Positions 1 through 11,148 of a stretch of DNA of 64,000 bases are shown here, in pieces. A program made the translations under genes and the position numbers. The notes under the pieces were generated by a model. That model did no database searches. It was not told where the DNA came from and saw only the letters and a program-made list of their open reading frames with translations. The DNA comes from Salisapilia sapeloensis CBS 127946 (lineage: Eukaryota; Protista; Oomycota), in the NCBI GenBank assembly GCA_023334545.1, contig JAADVB010000091.1:641-64640 (forward strand), in the 5' to 3' direction. How positions within the stretch are numbered: position 1 is the stretch's first letter; each line of letters begins with the position of its first letter.

Positions 1-3000
1 TGGACGCTGCGTTCGAAGGCTACAACGCCACTATCTTTGCGTACGGCCAAACTGGATCCGGCAAGACGTTTACCATGGGCAGTGGATCGACTGTCCACCT
101 TCCACCGGAAGACCATGGCATCATCCCACGTGTCATCTCGTACATGTTCGATCAAATCCAGTCGAAAGTGTCGTCTACACCAGAATACTCGGCCGAGCTT
201 CGAGTCCGCTTCCTAGAAATCTATGGCGAGGACATTCGAGACTTGCTCGTGCATCTCGAGTCTACAGGAGAAGGAAAAGTGGGGCTTCGGGAAGGAGAGG
301 GAGGGGAGATCCAAGTCTCAGGCGCGGCTGAAGAGGTCGTCACGGACGCCGACGACTGTCTAAAGCTTTTAGAACGCGGCACTTTATCTAGAACGACTGG
401 AAGTACACTCATGAACGCGCATTCGAGTCGATCTCACGCCATTTTCACCATCACCATGACCCAGCAGACGCCTCTCGTCGGTGGCGAAGAGCAATCGTCG
501 GGGGAAGTCGAGTTCGAGACACGTACGTCTTGCTTCAATTTTGTCGATCTAGCTGGATCCGAACGTCAGAAGCGTACGCAGGCAGAAGGCAAGCGCTTGA
601 AGGAAGGAATTGAGATCAACAAGGGTTTACTCGCCCTCGGGAACGTCATCAGTGCATTAGGGGATGAAAAGAAACGAGGCAAAGTGCACGTTCCGTATCG
701 AGACTCCAAGCTCACTCGTATGCTGCAGGATTCCTTAGGTGGCAATAGTCGAACGTTGATGCTCACGTGCGTCAGTCCAGCTGACGTCAACTTTGAAGAG
801 AGCTTGAACGCTCTCAAGTACGCCAACCGAGCTCGGAACATCAAGAACAAGGCGGTTGTCAATCGAGATGAAGCGTCTGCTGCGAACGCGGCGTTAAGAC
901 GACAGGTACAGGCTCTGCAGGAAGAGGTCATGCGTCTCCGGCATCCTGGCATGTCAGACGCTGAGCTGCATGCGTTAGCACCTAGTACCTCGAACGTCGG
1001 GTCCGGCGCAGATGTAGATTCCTTTGCTAGTCTCCGGAATCGAGCAGAGAACGCCGAGAGCGAAGTGACGCGCTTAACATCCGAGATGAAGCGCATCAAG
1101 ACGCAGATGGACCAAGTGCGTGAAGAGTCGATTGCAGCACAGGCGGAGCGAGACTACTTGCGCTCCGTCGTCGCGCCAGAGCAACGTGGTGGCGAGGAAG
1201 AAGAGGCGGGAAAGAGTCTCGTGAGTGAACACTTGAAGACGATCTATGACTTACAAGAAAAGCTCCGAGTGGCTGAGTCAGAGAACGAACGAGTGCAGAT
1301 GGACTTTAGCTCGATGGACGTGCCGTCGTATCTCGATACGAGTGGTAAGGACACGGACGAATTGATCGCTCGTGCAGAGCAAGAGATCGCCGACGAGAGT
1401 GCCGAGTTGGAAGGACAGGACGCAGATGAGTCGTTTGTGCAGGAAGAGGAGGATCATGAACGAGTCTTTTTGAAGCGTCAGGAGCATTTAGGCGAGTCCG
1501 TTCGGGACTTAAGTCAAGACATCTCTGTCAAAGAACAGCTCGTGCAGAACCTTCGCGCTCAGCAAGAGAGTTACGACAAGCTCCGGACGTTCTACGAGAA
1601 TAAGATGGCGCAGATGGTCGAACAGGTCAAGTCAGCGCAGCAAGATCGAGAGAAACTGCTGCAGGAGATGCAGATGCTGGAAGGCAAGAGCAAGAAGGAC
1701 GTTGAGAGCTCTTCTCGCCTGACGAAACTCACGAAAGAGCTCAAGACCAAGGACGAGCAGCTAAGTACGCTTCGTCGAAAGCAAAGTGAGATGCAAAAGT
1801 TCATGGCACAGAAGAAGAAGAGTGAGACGCAGCTACGTGCTTTGGAAGCAGAAGTCACGTCGATGAAGAGACAAAAGGTTGAGCTCATGCGCAAGATGTC
1901 AGCGGAACGAAAGAAGTACGAGGACGAAGCGAAGCGCCGACAGCGGGAGATTGCAGCACTCAAGCGAGCGCAGCGAAAGGACCAGCAGCAGATCCAACGA
2001 CTTGGGAATGAAAAGTCCGCGCAGGAACGCGTGCTCAGGCGGAAGATGGAGGAGGCAAATGCTGCCAAGCAGCGTCTCAAGCAGCAGCAGCACCTCCAGG
2101 CACAAGCTAAGCGGATGAACGCCAAGGTCGGGCGTACGATCCAATCTCAAAGGAAGGAGGTCGATATGAAGTGGGTGGAGGAAGAGGTGGAGACGAGAGC
2201 GAGGGAGCAGCAGAAGCTAGAGCAGCTGCGGACGGAGCGAGAGGAGCTCGGTCGAGAGCTGGAAGAGCTGTATCTGTTGCATGAAGACGATCCGTCTGCC
2301 GATGTAGATGAACGCATTGAGGCGTGTCAGGCGCAGCTAGAGTACAAGGAGGAGCAGATCTCGAGCACGGAGGACTCTGGCATCCCAGACGCTCGTATCG
2401 ACCGGACCAAGTCGCTCGAGGACGCTAAGGCGGTCATGCACCGTCTCTTTTCCTCTGCTGTGAACGCTCGGAAGCAGGCGCAGAGTCAGGAGCAGCACGC
2501 AGGCAAGATGGTGTTGGAGCTTAAGGAAGCGCAGGAACAGCTTGAGGTCGAACGCAGTCGAGCGACGCAGCTGAAGCAAGAGTACGAGCAGTCTCTCCAT
2601 CGCTTCGTCCAGACTGGATTGGAAAGCGATGCGTCTGGGAACGGAGAGGATCGATCGCAGCATCTACTAAGCGTGTCGGAAGAACGGAATGATGTGCTCA
2701 AGAAGAAGTTTGAAGAGCAGGTGGAAAGAGCCAAGGAAGCGGAGCGTGTGCGAGAAGCCTTGTACGATCAGATGATGCTCGAGCAGAGGCAGCTGCGTGC
2801 TTGTCAGGATGAAGTGCAGCACCTCAAGGACCAAGTGAAGCGTCTGTCGAGTAAGAGCAATCAGCGACAGGAACGCAGTCGTCCAGTGTCATGGGCGAAT
2901 GAGCTAGAGGAGGACGAGTCGGATGATGCCGACGGACGTAGTGATGAAGGCAGCGTCGCGATGGATGACAAGGGCGAGTCGCCGACGCATCATAGTGACG

Positions 3001-3593
3001 ACGGATCGACACAAAAGAGCATCTTCTCTCGTCTTGCGAACCCGAGTAACTTTACTGGCATTCATAAGAACAGAGCCAAGGACAGTGTCTCAAAGCGAGA
3101 GGTGCTCCAGTCTCGAGCAGACAAGAACCGACAGCGACGGATGAAAGATCGAGGAGGTCGCGGGCCTGGGACGAGTCGACTTGCAGAGCGACCAGCATCC
3201 ACCTCGAAAGCGTCAGTGAAGAAACCGACGCAGATGATGGAGGTGCTGGAGAATATGCGACGGGAGAATGAAGGAGAGGCGCATGTGTCGGACACTGTGG
3301 CGCAGAGGCTGGCGCAAGGGTACGTGACGACGACGAGGCCGGACGACATGGAGATGCCTCCTCCTGCGCCGTCATCGACGCCAGGACGTTCTCGACTGGC
3401 AGGCACGCAGTTCCATAGACGACCGGCGCCACAGCCGAAATCTTCTTCGGCTGGAGAGGAAGAAGCGTACATGTTTGACGAAGGAGAGGACCCGTTAGTC
3501 CATGGACCTCGTCTCGTGGATCAAGTGCGAGACGATTATCGACAGCGTCTGGCGGAAACACGATCGACACGAAACGCTCGATCGAGGGGATAA
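1..3593 (+). CDS. Kinesin-4-like (KIF4/KIF21/KIF27 class) motor protein, 5' truncated by the window edge
   Basis: The frame is open from nt 3 (DAAFEGYNATIFAYGQTGSGKTFTMG, P-loop). It contains SSRSHAIF, FVDLAGSER and HVPYRDSKLTRMLQDSLGGNSRT, followed by a long coiled coil and a disordered tail. Confidence 0.93.
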   Translation, partial: DAAFEGYNATIFAYGQTGSGKTFTMGSGSTVHLPPEDHGIIPRVISYMFDQIQSKVSSTPEYSAELRVRFLEIYGEDIRDLLVHLESTGEGKVGLREGEGGEIQVSGAAEEVVTDADDCLKLLERGTLSRTTGSTLMNAHSSRSHAIFTITMTQQTPLVGGEEQSSGEVEFETRTSCFNFVDLAGSERQKRTQAEGKRLKEGIEINKGLLALGNVISALGDEKKRGKVHVPYRDSKLTRMLQDSLGGNSRTLMLTCVSPADVNFEESLNALKYANRARNIKNKAVVNRDEASAANAALRRQVQALQEEVMRLRHPGMSDAELHALAPSTSNVGSGADVDSFASLRNRAENAESEVTRLTSEMKRIKTQMDQVREESIAAQAERDYLRSVVAPEQRGGEEEEAGKSLVSEHLKTIYDLQEKLRVAESENERVQMDFSSMDVPSYLDTSGKDTDELIARAEQEIADESAELEGQDADESFVQEEEDHERVFLKRQEHLGESVRDLSQDISVKEQLVQNLRAQQESYDKLRTFYENKMAQMVEQVKSAQQDREKLLQEMQMLEGKSKKDVESSSRLTKLTKELKTKDEQLSTLRRKQSEMQKFMAQKKKSETQLRALEAEVTSMKRQKVELMRKMSAERKKYEDEAKRRQREIAALKRAQRKDQQQIQRLGNEKSAQERVLRRKMEEANAAKQRLKQQQHLQAQAKRMNAKVGRTIQSQRKEVDMKWVEEEVETRAREQQKLEQLRTEREELGRELEELYLLHEDDPSADVDERIEACQAQLEYKEEQISSTEDSGIPDARIDRTKSLEDAKAVMHRLFSSAVNARKQAQSQEQHAGKMVLELKEAQEQLEVERSRATQLKQEYEQSLHRFVQTGLESDASGNGEDRSQHLLSVSEERNDVLKKKFEEQVERAKEAERVREALYDQMMLEQRQLRACQDEVQHLKDQVKRLSSKSNQRQERSRPVSWANELEEDESDDADGRSDEGSVAMDDKGESPTHHSDDGSTQKSIFSRLANPSNFTGIHKNRAKDSVSKREVLQSRADKNRQRRMKDRGGRGPGTSRLAERPASTSKASVKKPTQMMEVLENMRRENEGEAHVSDTVAQRLAQGYVTTTRPDDMEMPPPAPSSTPGRSRLAGTQFHRRPAPQPKSSSAGEEEAYMFDEGEDPLVHGPRLVDQVRDDYRQRLAETRSTRNARSRG

Positions 3594-3627
3594 TTAAATG
3601 ACAGGATACAAAAAGGATTTGGTTGCA

Positions 3628-4349
3628 CTACGCTTCTTGCGTTTGTTTAATCTCCATGTACTCAGCATAAGAAAGGTGCTTCTTGGAGCTCTGGTACCTC
3701 GTGACTCGGATGTTGGCAAGGAGATCCGAGTCTACAGGTCGCTTGTATCCAGCCTTACGGACGAGAGATGTGATGGCTTCGAGATGGCCCCACCCTTGCT
3801 CTCGAGCGACATCCGGCAGGTACGTTGCGTGGTAGTTCCTGCCGTCGACGTCGAACTCGATGATAATCCCATGGACGCCGATCTATTGCTCTTATATGGA
3901 TGTGGTTTTTGTATGCGTTTGGGATATAAAGTACCTCCCAGTCGTCGTAGCTATTGGCATCTTCATAGTCGACGAGGAGAGAGACGTCGCAGTGGAGTTT
4001 CGGGAGCTCCTCCGGTCCGATCGGTTCGAAGCGATGGTCCTGGAGAGCGCTTTTGAAGGTAAAGTTACGCAATTTGCGTAATTGAGTGGGTGCGAGGGTG
4101 CCAATGCAACCGCGCAGTTCTGTTGCTTTTGACGTGCCACTACGCTGGCTACGGCGCTCGATCTCCCACGTGACGAAGAGTGGGCTGTGGATATGGATAG
4201 AAAGAGATTACTAGAGGAACATGGATTTAGCATAGGATAAATGCATACAAGGTCTGATCGCCGTCGAATTGAGGCGTAGGAGCTGGTGTCTGATTAAAGT
4301 GGGAGACAAGCGTGTCGAAGCAAAACACGACCATCTCGGTCGTCGCCAT
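3628..4349 (-). CDS. AMMECR1: AMMECR1-domain protein, 3 exons
   Basis: The spliced translation reads MATTEMVVFCFDTL...FPLFVTW...ELRGCIGT...SALQDHRFEPI...ELPKLHCDVSLL...DWEIGVHGIIIEF...ATYLPDVAREQGW...SLVRKAGY. Two GT-AG introns restore the frame. Confidence 0.93.
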
Positions 4350-4572
4350 GACTACGACGTTCTTCCAAGTTTCTTCTTGCACTACCCAGTGACAAAGTGC
4401 ACTCTTACGAGGGAAAATAAACTTTTTTACCTATGTATTTGATTCAATTGTCAGTATGAAGAGGTATTTCGATCCTCAACAGGCTTTGGATAACTGTACC
4501 ACAACGGTACCATGCATGAACAAGTTGGATCGACACTTTTGACAAACTCGATCCTGCGTCCTCTGCCCCGTC

Positions 4573-6326
4573 ATGTCCAGCACACTAGGACACCTTTTCG
4601 GCACTTCTCAGAGCTCAGAAGACCACATCAGTGCAGGAGAAGATGTGACGGAGCCTCTTTTGTCTACAAATGATGAACGAGAGCAATCCGGCGCCGAAGC
4701 AGATAGTGAGCGAGATGCTTACACACACGAAGAGATTCTTCACTCCATTGGGTCTTTCTCAGCCGTCGTCTGGCCTGTCACGGTCACAATGCTTTTATCT
4801 AGGTACAAAGGATCAGTTATAGTGTATCAAGCAGCAGTATACGAACTAACGTCGATGTAATCAGCCTTATCTCGGTCAACTTGGAAGATCCTGCTACAGC
4901 TGAAGCACTCGCCAAGTAAGCTCACTCTCCCACCGTATATCTCATAGACAGACATAATTAAATTTATGGATGGTAGCCAGTATCTTGTCTATCGACCGGA
5001 CAGCGAATCGGAGGCATCCTCTGGTACAAAGTTTGCGGATGCAATGATCAATGCACTCGTCATCGTCTGCTTCTTCCTCGTCGCGACCTTTGTTATAGCC
5101 TTTTGCTACAAACTCAACTTCCACAGAGTACTACTCGTATGTCTTATTGTCAAGTTTCAGCTAACGTTCATTTAGTTCCTTATCGGCTACATGATGTTTT
5201 CCTCCGCCATGCTACTCGGTCTTCTCGGTGGAAACCTCATGCGGATCATCCTAGTGCGTCTTGAGTGGCCAATGGATATCTTCACAGCCATCTTCACCAT
5301 GTACAATTTTGCTGTCGTTGGTGTCGTCTCCATCTTTTATCAAAAAGGAACGCCGATGTGGTTATCACAAGCATATCTAGTTGCCACATCTGTCGTCATG
5401 GCGTGGCAACTAGGTCAGTTTCCAGAATGGAGTACGTGGGCACTTGTCGTCGTTCTCGCCTTTTACGACCTCTGCGCCGTCCTCACCCCATGTGGCCCCC
5501 TCAAGCTCCTTGTCAACCTCGTCGAGCAGGAAGGACGACCACTACCAGGTCCATCTAGATGCCACATATGCTATTCTGTCGCTCTTAGTAATTGTACTCT
5601 TGTAGGTTTATTGTATGAAGCAGAGGTTCATGGACAGTCTCGGAGTACGAGTCGAACGACCGACTATAGTGGATATTATCAGCTAGACGACAGCGCTTCA
5701 TTCCAACCTCCTACACCTCCTACACGTTCCCCAACGGAAGAAGCTCCATTGAATACGAATGCAACGGAGACCACGTCTGATTCCCCCCGGACTGCTCGCA
5801 TCAGACAACGACTTTTACATTTCTATTCTCAATATAATCCAGAAGCAATCGACCGCATCGACCTCATTATAGAGAGGTACCGCGAAGATGAAGCTCAGCT
5901 CTGGCAAGACTTGCTCAACAAATACGCTCCGGAAGAACCAGGTATGCTACCTCATGAAATATACTAGTGTTGATGGGTGAATAACCATGCCTGCAGGAGA
6001 TAATACGATCAAGTTGGGACTTGGTGACTTTGTCTTTTATAGCGTATTGGTGTCAAGAGCTGCCATGTTCGATTTCGCAGCCATGGTCAGCTGCCTCATC
6101 TCTGTTCTTACGGTAGTAGCTACAACCACTTGATATCTACCTCCTCCTGACTCGTTCGTATTGGTTGTAGGGACTATGTGGAACCTTGATCCTGCTAGGT
6201 ATCTACAAGTCTGCCCTCCCTGCTCTCCCGATCTCCATTCTACTAGCAGTAAGTGTCTATTTCTGGCTCCGACTCGTCTTTATGGACTTTGCCGACTCTG
6301 CCTTGCGTATGGGCATATTGTTCTAG
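4573..6326 (+). CDS. PSEN: Presenilin (gamma-secretase catalytic subunit, GxGD aspartyl protease), multi-exon
   Basis: Catalytic motifs AFYDLCAVLTPCGPL (YD) and IKLGLGDFVFYS (GxGD) are present, with the C-terminal LPALPISI (PAL) motif and multiple hydrophobic segments across GT-AG introns. Confidence 0.93.
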
Positions 6327-6378
6327 CTTGAACGGAATATAAAAGTCTTGCTAGATTGCTTTGTTATGACGAAAGGAG

Positions 6379-8269
6379 CTAGAGAAAGTTGTTCGTGGTG
6401 ATGCATTCATGGAGGTAGGCGGAGAGGAAGGAAAAGCCCAAGAAATGGAGTGCTTCTAACTCTACTTTTGCCTCCAACTCTCCATTGACCCAGTGCCGAA
6501 TTTCTCTTTCATACATTGGATGTGTCTATCATTATACCATTCATGTACATGCCGGTGATGTCTTTGAGAAGATGGATACCTGGATGTATGGAGATGCTAG
6601 TAGTGCGTTCGCAGTGGACAAGTCTTTTGGACTTAGAGGTTTGAAAGCATTAGACAGTAGCTCGAGCGCAGGGATTTGGCTTGGACGGAGACCAACCCAC
6701 TTGATGTCCGTCACTGGTACACAGAGTCATACCGGATATGATACGTTGAATATGTAGTTGAAAGCATACCATAGTAGGGAGAGTCAATCGGCATTCGCGC
6801 TGATCCGAGCTTATAAGTCAGCTATTGAAGGCGTGTTAGACCTTTGTTTCTGCTTTTGCCTAATGGAGCGTACGATGATGGAGACGCCAAAGGGGTTGCA
6901 GTCACAGAGACCAAAGACCGGAACCTGAATCATCCGTGCGAGATGACTGACGAATGCTCTGTACAATACATGATGCATTATAAATCTGTAGCCACGAATA
7001 TAAAAGGTTTGCTCTGGAACCTTGTCATGAGATCTGGAAACCCACGGCCAGTGATGAGTATGCTCGGCAAGGTATTGGCAAACCCGTCTTCCCTGCAAAT
7101 TTGACAACGGATGATGAGGTTGTTCAGCTATGACTTGTAATCTAGCACTTGCCTCAGACGGTTAAAAATACCTAAGTAGACGAAAAAAGTGGAAATGAGT
7201 GATTCATCTAAAGTATAAGAAAGTGGTAGAGCACAATACCATCCTTTTCGATGACGACTATGCATTTTGCATCGCTCCTTCTACACTCACATGATTCCAT
7301 TTAAACTTAATCGCACTTGTACGAGACAAAGACATACATGGCATCCGGCTGGTGATGAAATAGATCCTGCGTTATTGGGTGCTCTTCCCCATTACTGTAT
7401 GATCTCCATTCGCCATTGACCTTGGACATGCACCAAAGCAAATATAAATTTCCTGTTGTCTGATGATTCAACATGGAGATTACCAAAAGGCTAAAGTGCC
7501 CTGTAAAGGAGCCTTTGGAGGCACCTTGGATGTTCAGACTAGATCTCGGCACACATAAGAGTCCTCCGGCATCTTCGTGTAGCAGGATGCAAACATTAAA
7601 GAAGAGATAGCAACGCTGCGTCGATGATCAGTACCGAGAATGGCTTCATCTGCTTCTTGCTGGCATTGGAAGAAAGGATGGAGATAGTAGATCTCTCGCT
7701 TTACCTGCTAGTTAGTACTGTAGAGAATATAACGAGGTAGATTGCAAACCTGTGTCGCTGTCTTCTCATCCTTTAGAAGCGTGTATACCGTCTGCAGCAC
7801 CAACCATACTGCCGTATACTTTCTCGCTCCTCGTCGATTCTGCATGGTGTACAGGTAAGCACTATGCTAGCGTCGTCATATTTTGCTGCCTACAAGTTTA
7901 ATCGTTCGGATCGCATCATTATGCGTTAGTTGTTCGAGCTCTTCGTCGTAGGTTAATGCCGACGCATTTCGCTTTAGCTAGATCCAATTCAATAGTCTTA
8001 TAATCTACTGTCTTCATTCTCAAGCTCATGCAGGCTGAACGTACGACGCCAAGATCCATGAATCGACCCTCCTACAACCCCGGATCAATACTAGAGCGAT
8101 GACAATCACATCGAAAGTCAACTCACCGCCAAGTTCTCGAGAAACTGCGCCACCAATGTTTCAATGCGTTCTATCACCTACATACTACTTCTTCAAGACG
8201 CTGTACCCTCTTTTTTGCTTATCGTCTTTAATCTACCTCTTCCCTTGAAAACGGGTTTCCGTTCTCCAT
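6379..8269 (-). CDS. SPO11: Meiotic recombination protein SPO11 (TopoVIA family, SPO11-2-like), 15 exons by manual assembly
   Basis: Assembled exons give TQREIYY (catalytic Tyr), VPRSSLNIQGASKG, CIVVIEKDGIFNRL, ILITGRGFPDLMTR, PVFGLCDCNPFG (DxD-like Toprim motif), TYKLGS, IKWVGLRPS and KVELEAL. Confidence 0.92.
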
Positions 8270-8380
8270 ACTCGACTATTCCAAACGGCAACTGAAGAAA
8301 ATAACCAGATCACAAGACGATAGCGATGAACAAAACTGATCAAGAAGCAATGTAGCCTAGCCAAAGTATATTTATACGAC

Positions 8381-8902
8381 TTAAGACGTCAGTTTGGTAG
8401 CACTGAAGGCCTCGCCATCCGAACGAGGCTCCGTGCTCTGCCCTCGAAGGTAGCATGTGTGACCCTTCCAGAACGTGTAAGACTGACACAGTTCGTTTTC
8501 ACAGCACAGTTGCTCACATTCGTCCACTGTGCGTACTTCTCGATGAGTTAAATCGTACTCGTCGCCACCATTGTCCATCCAGTTGCGAGGGTAGTGTCGG
8601 AAGAAGCAGCGATCGTGCATTGGATCGGCATTCTTTTTCCCCCTGTGACGAAACCCTTTCGATCGAGCAAGATCAGAGCTACTGGATGGGATGACATCGT
8701 TCGGCAGGATCGGCGTCATGTGCCGAGCGTAGGACGCGTTGTTACCGAAGGCGAGGCAAAATGGTCCTGTGAGCGAATTACAAACATTGGCAATATCGAC
8801 AGGAGTGTCTTTATCATTGTATGTATCTGCACGAATCGACTGGAAGCCTAGCAAGACGCTTGATAGCACACACACAGCTAGCGCATGGAGTACCGTGGTC
8901 AT
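8381..8902 (-). CDS. Small secreted Cys-rich protein with a C-terminal PAN/Apple domain
   Basis: Hydrophobic N-terminal signal peptide (MTTVLHALAVCVLSSVLLGFQSIRA), and a PAN-like Cys pattern C...ECEQLCCENELCQSYTF...CYLR. Confidence 0.75.
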   Translation of the reverse strand: MTTVLHALAVCVLSSVLLGFQSIRADTYNDKDTPVDIANVCNSLTGPFCLAFGNNASYARHMTPILPNDVIPSSSSDLARSKGFRHRGKKNADPMHDRCFFRHYPRNWMDNGGDEYDLTHREVRTVDECEQLCCENELCQSYTFWKGHTCYLRGQSTEPRSDGEAFSATKLTS

Positions 8903-9024
8903 CGTGCTCGTGTAACTCTACCTAGAGAATCAAATGTATTTGAACGAATCAGAAATCTTTATTTTACATTTTAACCAATCACATAAAAGATATGATCTTC
9001 AGGAGTCGCACTACGGAAGCCGAG

Positions 9025-9897
9025 ATGTCGATCGTGTATGCGCTTGTGGCGAGAGACCAAAGCGTGCTGTGCGAGTACACGGACACTAGTGGCAACTTCC
9101 CCACCGTCACTCGTGCAGTGATGAAGCACATATCAGAAGACCGACCATCTGCATCCGGCGGTTCCTACAGGAACGTCGTGCCGTACAATGACTTCAACTT
9201 CTTCTTCCTCCATGACGATGGCATCACGTACGTGTGCATGGCGGAGGCCCACGTCCACACCACAGTCGCATTCCAGATGCTATCGGAAGTAAGACAGCGA
9301 TTTCGACAGAATTACGGCGACAAAGCCAAGTCTGCCATTGCCTACGGCATGGCGCCTTTTGCATCGCATTTAGAAAACCTCATGAAAAAGTTTGATAATC
9401 TCCAGTCCGACACACCACTTTCCCAAGTATCTATCCGTCTTCTAAGCTTCCTCCACTCCTATAACGTTTGCTAAAGTTAGGATGACACGATAGGTTCGAC
9501 AGAAGATGGAACGAGTGAAGATGATCATGATCGACAATGTTAACCACGTACTTCCTGTTCACTATTCTTATCTATAGCATGCTTATGGTTGTCTTAGTTG
9601 ATGGAACGAGGAGAAAAGATCGACTTGCTAGTCATGCGGACGGAGAAGCTGCATCAGGAAGCGATCAAGTACGAACGAGCAGCAAAAAAGGTGCGGAACG
9701 TCTACTGGTGGCAGAACATTCGATACTGGTGCTACATCGTCCTCCTGCTCTTCCTCCTCGCAATTGTCGCGTCCTTCTTTATCTGTGGTCTCGACTACTC
9801 CACCTGTCTCCATCGGATCGAGTCGAAAGCCACCAAAGGCGTCCAGCACCAAGTAGACAACGTCTCGCACGAAATACATAGCCACCATGGCGTGTAA
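9025..9897 (+). CDS. VAMP7: VAMP7-like longin R-SNARE, 3 exons
   Basis: Longin N-terminus (MSIVYALVARDQSVLCEY...GNF), synaptobrevin core (VRQKMERVKMIMIDNVNHLMERGEKIDLL) and a C-terminal TM helix. Confidence 0.92.
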
Positions 9898-9940
9898 CAA
9901 ATATCTCTTTTCATGCCATCCTGTATTCTTTCCTTTGGAT

Positions 9941-10937
9941 CTACATGTCGCCAGAGTCTGCCGTCTCCCCGCCCGCACTCGCCAGCAGCGTCTCCGTCTC
10001 CTCCGCCGTCAGCATGTGACGGACAATTCGGCCCGTTGCTTCATCCCGCTGCAATGTCGTGAACTCGAGCTTGTCGGCACTCGGCGTCGTCGTATCCATC
10101 GTCTTACCCATGACCTTGACGGCGAGCTTCAGCAGCTCGTCCACCGTCATTGTCTCCTCGTACTCGGACTTGAGCAGACTCTTGGCGGCGCGGTTGTTCG
10201 CGCCAATGGCCGTGGCCTTCCATCCACCATAGTTGCCACTCGGGTCACTGTGGTAGAGCTGGAAACCGTGGTGGTGGTCCCACCCGGCGTAGAGGAAGGA
10301 CGCACCGAACGGACGCTGGCCACCGAACTGCGTGTAGGCTTGCTTGTAGTTGCAAATGGCCTGCACGAGCTGCTCACACGGCTGCTTCTCCTGGTACGAC
10401 AGCTCATACTTTTGTGCGGCGTTGCGTGCATAGTTGATCAAAATGTTCGCGTCGGCCGTGAGACCTGGATAGAAAAGTGAGTACGAGGTAGATCAAGTGG
10501 ATCTAGGTGGAATGAAATACCTGCGACGGCACAGACAAGATGATCATCCAGTTTGATAGTCTTTTCACTAGATTTACTTGGCTCCAGCATCTTGGAAGTG
10601 GCTTTCTTCTCGCCTGTAATGTACAAATGTAGTCAGAGATGCACATGGTACTTGTAGATATAGCTAAAAGTACCTGCGATGACGATGCCGTTCTTGGCGA
10701 TCATACCTACGGCCGAGCCGGCGTTGTTAATGGCCTCCATGGCATACTCGACTTGGTACAGTCGGCCTAGATCAAAGGTTTACGCGCATTAGATCTCGAT
10801 TGGCACAAAAGAAGCGCAGATAAGAAGCCATATCTTCCAAGCGTACTCAAGACGCTGGAGACAGTAGCAACATACAGACATAGAGCCGTACCTTCTGGTG
10901 AGAATGTAGTCGTGCGTCCATCGTAGCGGCGAGACAT
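9941..10937 (-). CDS. PSMA4: 20S proteasome subunit alpha-3 (alpha type-4), multi-exon
   Basis: [16 protein letters not shown]|[25 protein letters not shown] and [18 protein letters not shown]. Confidence 0.96.
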
Positions 10938-11148
10938 GGTCGAAAGCAATCTTTCTCCCTACTTTTTTCTTTTGCTTTGAGTACTTGGCCACTTACAAAG
11001 ATCTATATTCCCTATTAAGTACGAATCCTACGTTATGTGTGCCATATATGTACCATCCAACGTTATATACCAATCACCAGCATCCATTCGTTCCGTTTCA
11101 TCCAATGAGAAAACGCATCATCGTTAGCTGGACTTAGGCGCTGTCAAA

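Noticed and set aside
8600-8830. RxLR-like translocation motif in the secreted PAN protein
   Set aside because: No RxLR-dEER is present after the signal peptide; only an unrelated basic stretch occurs.
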